Source: a bacterium
GTDB lineage: Bacteria > Elusimicrobiota > Elusimicrobia > UBA1565 > UBA9628
Length of the DNA: 64,000 bases
Direction: 5' to 3'
NCBI GenBank assembly: GCA_021782205.1
Contig: JAJXVH010000005.1
Location: 6,833-70,832, forward strand
Shown in pieces: positions 36,401 to 46,439 of this stretch. The position numbers were made by a program, and so were the translations under genes. The notes under the pieces were generated by a model. The model saw nothing but the letters and a program-made list of their open reading frames with translations. It was not told the origin of the DNA and ran no database searches. Position 1 is the stretch's first letter; each line of letters starts with the position of its first letter.

Positions 36401-38583
36401 CGGCGATGAGCCGTGTGGCGGACGTCGGCGTGAATTTCGCCAAGCCGATGGTGTTCACCGTGATGGGCGCTCAGCCCGTCGTCGATTTCATGCAGGCCGT
36501 CGAGCATCCGACCAACCCTGCTTCCGCCGGAAAGTTCGCGGAGCTCCCCGCGCTGATCGGAACGATCAAGCTCTACGGCGCCGGTGAGAAATTCTTGGCC
36601 GACAAATTCCCGGACCTGGGGCCGAAAATTGAACCGCCGGCCGAGGCCGCCGCGCTCGCGCCTGCCGAACCCGCGCCCGAAATCCGGATGACGGAGGCCC
36701 TGCAGCCTCAAGTGGAGGCTCCGGCCCCCGCCCCGATTCCGGAGTTTGAAGCGGCGCCGACGCCGCATCCCGTGGAGCCCGTCCCTCACCCGGACCTTGC
36801 GCCGCGCCCCTCGCCCGCGCCGGAATCCGCACCGGCCCGTCCGCCTATGGAACCGGCCGCGCCCCAGCCCCCAGTAAGCGTTCTGCAGAGGCTGTCCGCG
36901 GCGGCGTCGAGCGGCTTTCAAAGCGCGTCCGATTTCATGACCGCCACGGCTCAGCGTTTCGGCGTCATGAATTCCGACGCGGGTGTGGCCGAGACGTCGG
37001 GCGGCTTCCACGCGACGGAGAACAGCGGCCAGTCGGAAGCCGCGGCCCCGCCCGCCGCGCTGGATGGCGCTCCCGCCCGGGCGGCGGTCGAAGCACCCCC
37101 CGCTTCCGCGGCGCCGAAGCTCACGGACGTTGCCGCCGCCGGGCCCGCACCCGAAGTCTCTGCGCGCCCTGCGGCCGAAGCCCCCGCGGAGCCGTCGCTC
37201 GAGGGAGAAAAGGGCTCCGCCCCGCAGGAAGCGGCGGCCGAGCGGATGGGAGAGCAAGCTCCCAGCGGCGCTCGCGCCGCTCCGGCCGAAGAGTCTCCGA
37301 TCGACACTCAGGGTCCTTCTCAAGCGAAAATGGGTTTGCGGGCGGATGAGACCGTTGCGCGCGAGGATTCTGCGTCGGGCGAGGAGCGCCCGGCCGGAGG
37401 CGAGCGAGCCGCAGCGGATGAAACCGGACGGAACGCCGGCGCGGATGAGAATGCTTCGAGTGACGAGGCGAATCGATCCAAAGCCGACCGCGACGCGAGA
37501 ATGCGAATCTTCGGCCAAAGCGCGCTTCTGGCGATGGGCGGACGACTGGCCTCTCCCTATCAACCCCAACGGCAGGAGACTCCTCCTCCGCCGCCGAACA
37601 GCGACGATCCAGGTTCTGGAGGCGCTCCCGGCTTCCGGAGTGCGTCGAAGAGCGGCCGCGGAACCGGCACTGGAACCGACAGCGGAACCGGCACTGGAAC
37701 CGACACCGGAACGAAAAATTCCTGTGCCGGTCCGAATTGCCAAGCCTCCTCATCACAGAAGCCCTGCGTAGGCGCGGCGTGCAACACGAACGGGTCTTCG
37801 AATTCCGGCGGCTTCCGCGGAGCGCCTGGAGCCGTCGGCGGCTCTAACGGTCCTGCGCCCAGCGCGGGCGGTTCGGGCGGCTCGGGCGGCTCAGGCGGGG
37901 GTAGCGGAGGGGCCGGAGGCGGCGGAGGTTCCGGTGGCGGGGCGGGCGGCGGCTCTGGTCATGCGAATCCAACGGGTACTGCGTCGGGGTCTCCGGGCGC
38001 GCCATCGATCGATGCCGCACCGGTTGCCGGTGCGAATCCAGCTCCTTTCGTGGGTCCTGATATCCCCGCCCGCAAATCGGCGGCGACCACCAACGGAACT
38101 GCGGCCCCGCGGGCGCTGGGCGGGCACAGCCCGGAGCCTTCTATGGCCTCGCGTTTCGACGGCTCGAGCGAGCGAGCGCTCGGACAAGCTTTGCCGATGG
38201 CCAACGCCTTGATGCACGGCTTGGGCGGAGGAGGCGACGTCGGCTTGCCGCAAATGCCCTCCACGCCTCCGGCGGCGGCGGTCTCGGGGAGGAGCAATTC
38301 AATGAAGGAGAAATCCGCGTCCTCCGCCTCCGCTTCTCGCGGACCACTCTCAGCCGCGTCTACGGCGGCTTCGCCCGCCTCCGACGAAGACTACAATTAC
38401 ACGTACCTGGCTCCCGCGCGTCAGAAATACGATCTGCCGACCGACTCCCCGAAAACCAAGGATTGGCGTTACCTGGCGGCGCTGGCCGCACGCGTCTCCG
38501 CGGCGCTGGCCGCGGCGTACTTATTCATGCACTCCGACTTCAGCTATCTGGCGGGCTTCACGCGCCGTCGTCGCGGGCCTTGA
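33472..38583 (+). CDS. giant secreted protein (1703 aa) with Pro-rich, Gly/Ser-rich and short tandem-repeat regions
   Basis: Signal peptide MRTRRATILALAAVMAAGSARAQE; PAP-rich segment about 36650-36900; GTGTGTDSGTGTGTDTGT; GSGGSGGSGGGSGGAGGGGGSGGG low complexity; hydrophobic C-terminal tail. Confidence 0.6.
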   Translation: MRTRRATILALAAVMAAGSARAQEPGAASVTAARSPGNSSAVVTPAGRRLLTRIAALESDAVASLTGARASSFNELSRRLAELRRDVDAETLPPAEKTELSARLDVLDQLLARAAALAGKSGRLDPKLEAVMRQAVARAPAGQPPVDSLEAVAAQLVAAASAKDPAAANRVFDNMRAELGAGAAAPLAQVQKDFAAREPIDFTPPGAKGTNAYRRRIHTPIPALRTPAAAAPTHAAAPIRASLGKALRAAYTPIRESLPDGQTQAFLTQRQDLLKALDAAGQALESTLGKNTSDFPDRAAMAAALEGYADKLCAGLGFRVPVTQNDYATLRPRLDALTKAGHPQAAEFLRQLWNYRFFLAGSVQKRAVPVGTTFARWELCPNNDHPVSATVASYARGGTDFYGLRENQAGGAFVFAAPDAGGDRMLQILRGPTGAQSVSEINSAGAGAARKIVSQTFEKYDARGRLLERQAEDAVAGVIKTTTFDAAGREYVEEHRVGAAQPFFVKDMTAAVPYEVKLSGNVRDMTVLDASNPVLRQVDAVNPDGTLRLDYRLLRNGVRQEPVPGAPLALKNIGKDGKLMYTLVDLRKAGSEAGRAAAARDAMKAAGLGAAEIARLSPELSAFLRDQSAAGSDQFVVLPGQPPKFMLTHFLPGGDRRVVRGYFGEGGGYQGAAKQTAFLSYYPADAQRASNNDTHVQFEYLSGNSRLSDEPPSTSTVNPSWYAFWRDSKTVVHYFETPQSYRDGRWVATGALWDDPSRLRSADNEGTAFGTTVAQSIGKIPGAGWVLGGSDQVSRGLSDPALHATIYQALPDDAKNVDETADCAESFACSGTTPDVNKQHSEFEKWLTGKILPKLTPAGRKLLDAAVRQKLRPSLLIHNTANPITPSDGDIYYSALNATITQDEEYMALVTFFGSGHVAEQIAQAHGMIAGVSAGLGIETTKMLTNPLMLLPVAGELVGSVVGRLLEAAGVSDRMMTAMSRVADVGVNFAKPMVFTVMGAQPVVDFMQAVEHPTNPASAGKFAELPALIGTIKLYGAGEKFLADKFPDLGPKIEPPAEAAALAPAEPAPEIRMTEALQPQVEAPAPAPIPEFEAAPTPHPVEPVPHPDLAPRPSPAPESAPARPPMEPAAPQPPVSVLQRLSAAASSGFQSASDFMTATAQRFGVMNSDAGVAETSGGFHATENSGQSEAAAPPAALDGAPARAAVEAPPASAAPKLTDVAAAGPAPEVSARPAAEAPAEPSLEGEKGSAPQEAAAERMGEQAPSGARAAPAEESPIDTQGPSQAKMGLRADETVAREDSASGEERPAGGERAAADETGRNAGADENASSDEANRSKADRDARMRIFGQSALLAMGGRLASPYQPQRQETPPPPPNSDDPGSGGAPGFRSASKSGRGTGTGTDSGTGTGTDTGTKNSCAGPNCQASSSQKPCVGAACNTNGSSNSGGFRGAPGAVGGSNGPAPSAGGSGGSGGSGGGSGGAGGGGGSGGGAGGGSGHANPTGTASGSPGAPSIDAAPVAGANPAPFVGPDIPARKSAATTNGTAAPRALGGHSPEPSMASRFDGSSERALGQALPMANALMHGLGGGGDVGLPQMPSTPPAAAVSGRSNSMKEKSASSASASRGPLSAASTAASPASDEDYNYTYLAPARQKYDLPTDSPKTKDWRYLAALAARVSAALAAAYLFMHSDFSYLAGFTRRRRGP
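37660..37713. repeat. 24-bp tandem repeat (GGAACCGGCACTGGAACCGACAGC), about 2.2 copies
   Basis: Two consecutive 24-mers differ at 1 nt, followed by a partial third unit. Confidence 0.7.
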
Positions 38584-38621
38584 CGAAAATAGTGATAGAA
38601 TAAGGTCATCAGGCGCCCACG

Positions 38622-40337
38622 ATGATCTCTCGCTGCCCGAGTTGTGGCTCTCAAGTCAAGGAAGAAGACGAAGTCTGTTCTTCCTGCGGCTGGGACTTCC
38701 GGGCGCGCAAACACGCGCCGAAGCCGGGCGACCCATCCATCCCGGGTCTGCCGCAAGCAACGGCGTTGCCCCCCGCAAAAAATATTGGGGCCAGTGGGCT
38801 TCCCACATACGCGCCTCAGCCGACGCAAGGTCTGCCGTTTTCCTTGCCCGCGGCGAATGCTCCGACCACGCCGGTCGAAGCTTTCTCATCCCTTCCTCCC
38901 GCACGAACCTTGGGCGCACCTCCGCTGTCTCTCCCCGGACACGTTCCGACCGCCGCCTCTCAAACTCTGCGCGAGCCCATCACCGCGCCCGCTCCTTCCG
39001 CCCCCGCAAAAGCGCCGAACGAATCCAGCCCCGAGACGGCGGGACTCGGCGCGAAATTAAAGTCATTGCTGGGCATTCTGTCGCCCGCAAAGGTCGAAGC
39101 GGCACCGGCAACCCAAAAGTTGGAGCCGAACTCGACGCTCGTTTCGTCTGCATCGATGCCCGCCCCTACGGCGCCGGCATCCGCGACTGCTTCGCCAACG
39201 CCGCCGGTGGAGGCCGTTGCGCCCCCTACGCCTGCGCCTGCGCCTGCGCCTGCGCCTGCGCCTGCGCCTGCGCCTGCGAAGAAGGATTTGGATTTGACGA
39301 CGCCGCGAAATGATTCATCTCAACTTTTGCCTCAGCCGAAGGAACCGGCAAAAAACCCGCTAGAAAACGAGAGATTTATTGTTCCCACGCAGAACGCGCC
39401 GGAACCGATCCCCTCGACCGACGAAGACGCGTCTTCCGTTTTTGATCTCGACAATCCGCCGGCGTCGCCGCCCGACCACACCCAGGCCGCGCCAGCCGAA
39501 GCGCTCGCGACCGAACTTTCGCCACAGGCGCCCGCCGCGCAAGAAGGAACCGAGACCGTCGCTTCCAGTCCCGAAGAGGCGACGGACCTTGTCGTGGGGC
39601 GTCCCTCGGACGATAAGGCCGCAGCGCCTGAGGCCGCCGCCACGCAGAAGCTTCCCGCCCCTCTCGTCGCTTTGGTTTTGGCCGTGGTCCTCGGCGGCAT
39701 CAGCGTGTTCGTGGGCTACCGCCTGACGCGCCCCGCGTCCACGCCGACGCCCGCGTCGGTCCTGCCGTCTTCTTCGACCGCGACCGCCTTTCCCGCGGAG
39801 CCGGTCTATACGCCCCCCAAAGTCGTGTTCGCCGACGAGCACGTTGTTATCGCCGGCGAAGCGCCGCGGCCCATTTCTTCCACGACGATCGAACCCCGCT
39901 CCCTTCCGGATGTCTCGGCGCCGTCTCCGGCAATCCCGCACGCGTCCTCCGCGGCGGCTGAACCCGCACCGACAAAATGGGCGTTTCGGGGAGAGGCTTT
40001 TGACTTAATGACTGGCGATCCGGTGTTCGCGGCGAAGCTGATCCTGCTTGACGAGAAAGGCGCCGTCGTGGGCTCCGCGGAAACCGGAACGGACGGCCGC
40101 TATGAACTCACCGTCCGCGCCGGCTCCGCGAGCGGCTATCAATTGAAAATCGAGCGAGCCGACTATCTGGATCGCTGTATAGACCAGGGTGCGGGTACCG
40201 CTGCCCTGCGTCAAGCCACGCCCGACGAGCGCGCTGTACTCATTCACGCGGCGCACGGACGTCCCTGGATCGGCTCGCCGAGCAAGCCCACGACACACGA
40301 CCTGGCTCTAATCCCGAAAAACGCAGAGTTGCAGTAG
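38622..40337 (+). CDS. zinc-ribbon / Pro-Ala-rich / transmembrane / CarD-like domain protein (paralog of 12377..13147)
   Basis: CPSCG..CSSCG ribbon, long P/A/T-rich linker, TM helix LVALVLAVVLGGISVFVGY, C-terminal FDLMTGDPVFAAKLILLDEKGAVVGSAETGTDGRYEL. Confidence 0.6.
   Translation: MISRCPSCGSQVKEEDEVCSSCGWDFRARKHAPKPGDPSIPGLPQATALPPAKNIGASGLPTYAPQPTQGLPFSLPAANAPTTPVEAFSSLPPARTLGAPPLSLPGHVPTAASQTLREPITAPAPSAPAKAPNESSPETAGLGAKLKSLLGILSPAKVEAAPATQKLEPNSTLVSSASMPAPTAPASATASPTPPVEAVAPPTPAPAPAPAPAPAPAPAKKDLDLTTPRNDSSQLLPQPKEPAKNPLENERFIVPTQNAPEPIPSTDEDASSVFDLDNPPASPPDHTQAAPAEALATELSPQAPAAQEGTETVASSPEEATDLVVGRPSDDKAAAPEAAATQKLPAPLVALVLAVVLGGISVFVGYRLTRPASTPTPASVLPSSSTATAFPAEPVYTPPKVVFADEHVVIAGEAPRPISSTTIEPRSLPDVSAPSPAIPHASSAAAEPAPTKWAFRGEAFDLMTGDPVFAAKLILLDEKGAVVGSAETGTDGRYELTVRAGSASGYQLKIERADYLDRCIDQGAGTAALRQATPDERAVLIHAAHGRPWIGSPSKPTTHDLALIPKNAELQ
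39225..39278. repeat. hexanucleotide microsatellite (CCTGCG)x8 plus one degenerate unit, encoding (PA)n
   Basis: Read directly in sequence inside the 38622..40337 gene; it is in frame, so copy-number change keeps the reading frame. Confidence 0.8.
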
Positions 40338-40349
40338 CACCGACGAAGG

Positions 40350-41429
40350 TCAGTGGCCCAAGACCGCGGCATCGAATGATCCGGCGTTGATTCGAGAGAG
40401 GGAGGCCGCCGTGCGGCGCGCTCCAGCCAAGCCGGGCGCGGGCGCTCCGACCAACGCGCGGCGCAGAGCCGGAAGGGTCGCGTAGGCTCGGTCGCCGGGG
40501 CAGTCGGTCACCTTGTAGTCGCGATGCCCCTTCAGCGTGTCGGGAGATATTCCGTAACGCGCGACCAGATAACGCCCCAGTGCGGCTACGGCCGCCAACT
40601 GGGGCACCGTCGGCCGGTTGTTGACAGGCGGGTGATAGTTGCCAAGCAGAACGATGCCGACATTGCCCTCGTTGTCGTCCAACGTGTGCGCGCCGAGCAT
40701 GCCTTCGGGGCGTCCCTCAATAATGTTGCCCAGGGGATCGACGGCAAAATGATAGGCGATATCGATCCAGCCCCGGCCGTGGATGTGAAAGTCTTGAATG
40801 AAGCGCACTTCGTCCAAGCTTTCTTGAAGCGTCTGCGTGTAGCGGCCGTCGGAATGGTGAAGCGTGATGCGCCACGGCAGGGGATCGGGCGTGTAAGGTT
40901 CGGTCGCCGGCACGGCTTTCCACTCCGCGCGCGGATGCACGAACGGGCGCTGAGCGCCGGGATCCTTGGGGCCGCGCGACGGCGGGATCGAGGCTTCGGA
41001 GCTTTCGGGGTTGGCGACGAACGTCTCCACTGAATACACTTCGACGGCATGGTCGCGGGAAACCCCTGTGTCCAGAGCGCGTAATCGCAGACGGCCCGGG
41101 CCGGGAGTGGCTCGCGCGCGAGCCCAGAAACGTCCGTTCGGAAAGCGGTGCATTTCCAGTCGGGTCCAATCCGGCGGACCGCCGCCCGCACGCTTAGCCT
41201 CGAAGGTCACGGCGGGATCGGGAAGGAAGCCTTGAATCAGCACGGTGTTCCAAGGCGCGGCGATCGGGTCGCTGGCGCCGCTGTCGAAGACCACGCGCGG
41301 CCCCGCTCCGAAAGCTTGCACGGGAAAACTCTCGCTTGAGCGCGAGCCGAAAGTGACGGGCTGTCCGGCGTCCTCGGCGCGCACCGTCGCGCCGAGCAGC
41401 AGGAGCGCGAACGCCAGTCTAGCGCGCAC
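40350..41429 (-). CDS. secreted N-acetylmuramoyl-L-alanine amidase (Amidase_2/PGRP fold)
   Basis: Signal peptide; ITLHHSDG, IAYHFAVD, GHRD..TDCPG zinc-ligand pattern. Confidence 0.8.
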   Translation of the reverse strand: MRARLAFALLLLGATVRAEDAGQPVTFGSRSSESFPVQAFGAGPRVVFDSGASDPIAAPWNTVLIQGFLPDPAVTFEAKRAGGGPPDWTRLEMHRFPNGRFWARARATPGPGRLRLRALDTGVSRDHAVEVYSVETFVANPESSEASIPPSRGPKDPGAQRPFVHPRAEWKAVPATEPYTPDPLPWRITLHHSDGRYTQTLQESLDEVRFIQDFHIHGRGWIDIAYHFAVDPLGNIIEGRPEGMLGAHTLDDNEGNVGIVLLGNYHPPVNNRPTVPQLAAVAALGRYLVARYGISPDTLKGHRDYKVTDCPGDRAYATLPALRRALVGAPAPGLAGARRTAASLSRINAGSFDAAVLGH

Positions 41430-42681
41430 AGGCGGCCTCCACGTCGGCGATCTCCTTGGGTACGTCGGTCAGGTTCAGCGCGGGACCGTCGGCCTGAACG
41501 ACGATGTCGTCTTCGATGCGCACGCCGCCGAAATCCAGGAAGCTCTCGGCCTTGGCGAAATCGATCGAGCCTTTGTGCTTGCGGCGCAAGGCCGCGTCCT
41601 TGATCAGCGCCTCGATGAAGTACACGCCGGGCTCCATGGTGATCACGAAGCCGGGCTCCAGCTTCGCCACGAAGCGCACCGGCACCTTCGTGGGATTGGG
41701 CATCACGCGTTTCTTGCCGCCGGTCACGTCGTGCACGTCCAGTCCGAGCATGTGCGTCAGGCCGTGCGGGTAGAACATCCGCACGGCGCCGCCCTCGACC
41801 AGCCCGTCGGTTTCACCGCGCAGAAGGCCCAGGGACTTGAGGCCTTCGGCGATCAGGCGCATGGAGCGCACGTGAAGGTCGGCCGACACCACGCCCACGC
41901 GCGCGGCGGCGATGCAGGCCTTCTGTGTCTCCAGCACGACCTGATAAACGTCGCGCTGCCGCGCCGTGAACTTGCCGTTGGCGGGATACGTGCGCGTGAT
42001 GTCGGCGGCGTAGCCTTTGTGCTCGGCACCCGCGTCGATGAGCAGAAGTTCCCCGTCGCGCAGCGTCGCGGTGTTGTGGCGATAATGCAGCACGGCGCCG
42101 TTGACGCCGGCCGCGACGATGGACGGATAGGCCAGGTGCTTGAGGCCGGCTTTGAGACACTCCGCCTCGAAGACGGCCTGGAGTTCGTATTCCTTCATGC
42201 CGGGGCGGGCGGCGGCCATCACCGCGCGGTGAGCAACGCCGCTGACCTCGGACGCCCGGCGCATCAGCGTCAGTTCGGCCTCCGTTTTACAGGCGCGCAA
42301 CTCGTCGAGCGCGTCGCGCAGGCGAGGCTTCGGAGCGACTTTGCGCCGACCCAGGACTTTCTTGAGCTCATCGGCATACATCACCCGGTCCACGCCGAAG
42401 AGAACGCGAGCCTCCGCGGGGCTGGGCACATGCCCTTCCCAGACGCGGTGGTGGCTGTCGACGCGCGGCACGAACAAGGTCTCTTTGCGCGTCTTCGGAT
42501 CCAATACCAGGTGACAGCCGGGCTCCTCGACGCCCGTCAAATACAAAAAGTCGGAATTCTGCCGGAACACGTACTCCACGTCGAAATTGCGCGGCACCGG
42601 CCTGCCGCCTTCCAGATGAATCAACGCCTCTCCGCCCATGCGGCGGCCCAGCGCGCGACGCAGTTCGCGGTAATGGTTCAT
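41419..42681 (-). CDS. Xaa-Pro aminopeptidase (M24B family)
   Basis: Pita-bread fold motifs: DAGAEHKGYAADITRT, HGLTHMLGLDVHD, ITMEPGVY. Confidence 0.85.
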   Translation of the reverse strand: MNHYRELRRALGRRMGGEALIHLEGGRPVPRNFDVEYVFRQNSDFLYLTGVEEPGCHLVLDPKTRKETLFVPRVDSHHRVWEGHVPSPAEARVLFGVDRVMYADELKKVLGRRKVAPKPRLRDALDELRACKTEAELTLMRRASEVSGVAHRAVMAAARPGMKEYELQAVFEAECLKAGLKHLAYPSIVAAGVNGAVLHYRHNTATLRDGELLLIDAGAEHKGYAADITRTYPANGKFTARQRDVYQVVLETQKACIAAARVGVVSADLHVRSMRLIAEGLKSLGLLRGETDGLVEGGAVRMFYPHGLTHMLGLDVHDVTGGKKRVMPNPTKVPVRFVAKLEPGFVITMEPGVYFIEALIKDAALRRKHKGSIDFAKAESFLDFGGVRIEDDIVVQADGPALNLTDVPKEIADVEAACAR

Positions 42682-42786
42682 GCCGGAATTATAACACGCA
42701 AAGGAGGGTCAGTCCTTTCCATATTTCCATTCGAGGCAGGGAAAGATGGGAAAGACTGCCCCTCGCAATATGCTAACATGTCCATC

Positions 42787-42924
42787 GAAAGCCGCCGCCC
42801 CTCAACGCGTACGACAACTCGAGGCGGCTTTCACCTTTTGACGGCCGGCGCCGAGGCGCGCGCGAGAAGCGCGCGCCTCGCGCGTTTCTAGGACCTAAGT
42901 CCGCCGCGCGTGGGACTTAGGTCC
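42787..42924. promoter_or_regulatory. three consecutive perfect stem-loops (10-, 11- and 12-bp stems) in a divergent intergenic region
   Basis: GAAAGCCGCC..GGCGGCTTTC (42787-42832); GAGGCGCGCGC-GAGAA-GCGCGCGCCTC (42853-42879); GGACCTAAGTCC-..-GGACTTAGGTCC (42891-42924). A fourth imperfect hairpin lies at about 42710-42765, and a TATAAT-like hexamer at 42947-42952. Confidence 0.5.
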
Positions 42925-42961
42925 GGCGACGCGGCGCGCCGGGGACGCTATAATAAAGAAA

Positions 42962-44553
42962 GTGCCAACGACATTCCGACCCGTGCTCGCCGCGGCGCTC
43001 TGCGCCGCGCTTATTTTGCCGGCTTCCGCGCAGATGGAAGTCGTCGCGCCCAGCCTCGCCGAGTCGACCATCGCGGGCTCCGTTCGAACCCCAGCGCTCG
43101 CCCTCCCTTCGATTCCGTTGACGGCGTTTTCAGGACTGCCGGCGCTGTCCCCGGCGCTCGCCGCCCCCCTCGCGCTCTCGGCACCTGCGGCGACGACGGC
43201 TCCCGCGGCGCCGGCGGCGACCGCTCCGGCCGGAGCGGTCGCGGCAGAACAGATCGATGAAAGCCCGGCGTTGCCTTTCGCGGCTTATCCCCGACAACTC
43301 GAACCCGCCGCGCCTGCGACCGAAGCCGCCGGCGGCGTCGCCCAATCGCGGCGATTTTGGGAGAACTTTTGGTCCGGGGCGCCTTCGCGCTCGGCTCTGG
43401 CGGCGACGGTCGCCGTTCCCGCGACGGGCGGTATCAAGGCCGCGGCGCTGCACTTCAGTCCGGCTCTCGGCGCGGGCGTGGTTCTGGTCGGCGCTTACGC
43501 GGCCGACCGCGGCTTGCGTTGGGCCGTCTCTAAAGCCGCCGCACGCCGCAACCTGGACCCGCACCAACTCGCGGCCGCGCGGCTGATCGCCCGCGTCGTG
43601 CTTTGGACCGCAGCGGCGCTGGGCGCGCTGGCCGCGGGCGGAGCTTCTCACACCGTGATGGCGGCGGCGCTGGGGACGGGAGGCACGATCCTCACCCTCG
43701 GGCTTAAAGACGTGCTCGGCAATTGGATCCAAGGTCTGACTTTTCTCGTTTCCCGGCCGTTCACGATCGGCGACCGCGTCCAGGTCGGCGATCAGACCGG
43801 GCGCGTCACGGGCCTGGACCTGTCCGGACTGACTCTGACCCGCGACGACGGCGCCCAAGTCAAGGTGCGTCACACGACGCTCGCGACGATGAGCGTGGTC
43901 GTGTTCGGGCCTTTCAACGACCCGGGTTTGGCCGCTCTCGCCGCCCAGACGCGCCTGAGCGGCGCGGCCGTGGCGGTCTGGAAGAACCTCGGACGGGGAT
44001 TCTGGATGTCGGCGGCGGCGCTTGGAGCGCTGATCGCGGGGCCGGTGTTCCTTGCGCCCCTTCAGACCGGCCTCTTCGCCGCGGCCGCGCATTGGGCCAT
44101 GGCGGGAGTACTGGTTCTGGCGACGAAGTCTCTCGCGCGCAGTCTTTCCTCCGCCGTCGAGGCCATCGCGGTCCGTAATTCCTGGCGGCTGGAATCCCGC
44201 GTGCTTGCCACGTTGTTCGTGCGCGCGCTGGCGTGGGGCGTGGGCGGCGGCGCGTTCCTGCGCGTCATCGGCCTTTCCTGGGGGACGCTCGCGGCAAGCT
44301 TGGGCCTGACCACCATCGGCCTGGGCCTGGCCACCAACAACGTTTTCGGCTCCATCATCCTCGGCGCCGAGATACTGTTTTCAAAGCCCTTCAAGGTCGG
44401 GGACACGGTCCAGCTCGGCTCCTATTCCGGGGTCGTCGCCGACGTCACCCTCGCTCACGTCGTGATCCGGCTCGATGAGAACCGGCGTCTGTACGTGCCG
44501 TACGCGGCCATCCGCGACGGAGTCTTGATCGTCACCACAGGAAATAAAACCCC

Positions 44554-44557
<4 letters not shown>
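42962..44557 (+). CDS. mechanosensitive channel, MscS family, with two tandem MscS core signatures
   Basis: Signal/TM N-terminus; ..[39 protein letters not shown] and ..[42 protein letters not shown] each fit the MscS beta-domain signature. Confidence 0.75.
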
Positions 44558-46377
<1,820 letters not shown>

Positions 46378-46402
46378 GAATTCCTTCCTGGTCCAAAGCC
46401 CG

Positions 46403-46436
46403 GCGCCCCCCTAGGCCCATCGGCCCAGGGGGGCGC
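46403..46436. terminator. 9-bp all-GC hairpin after typA
   Basis: GCGCCCCCC-(16 nt)-GGGGGGCGC; no T-tract. Confidence 0.3.
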
Positions 46437-46439
46437 GAC

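Noticed and set aside
39225-39278. Possible CRISPR array or other spacer-repeat structure at the (CCTGCG)n tract, and at the 24-bp repeat 37660-37713
   Set aside because: The units are contiguous with no spacers, the repeat lengths (6 and 24 nt) are wrong for CRISPR, and both lie in frame inside protein-coding genes as amino-acid repeats.
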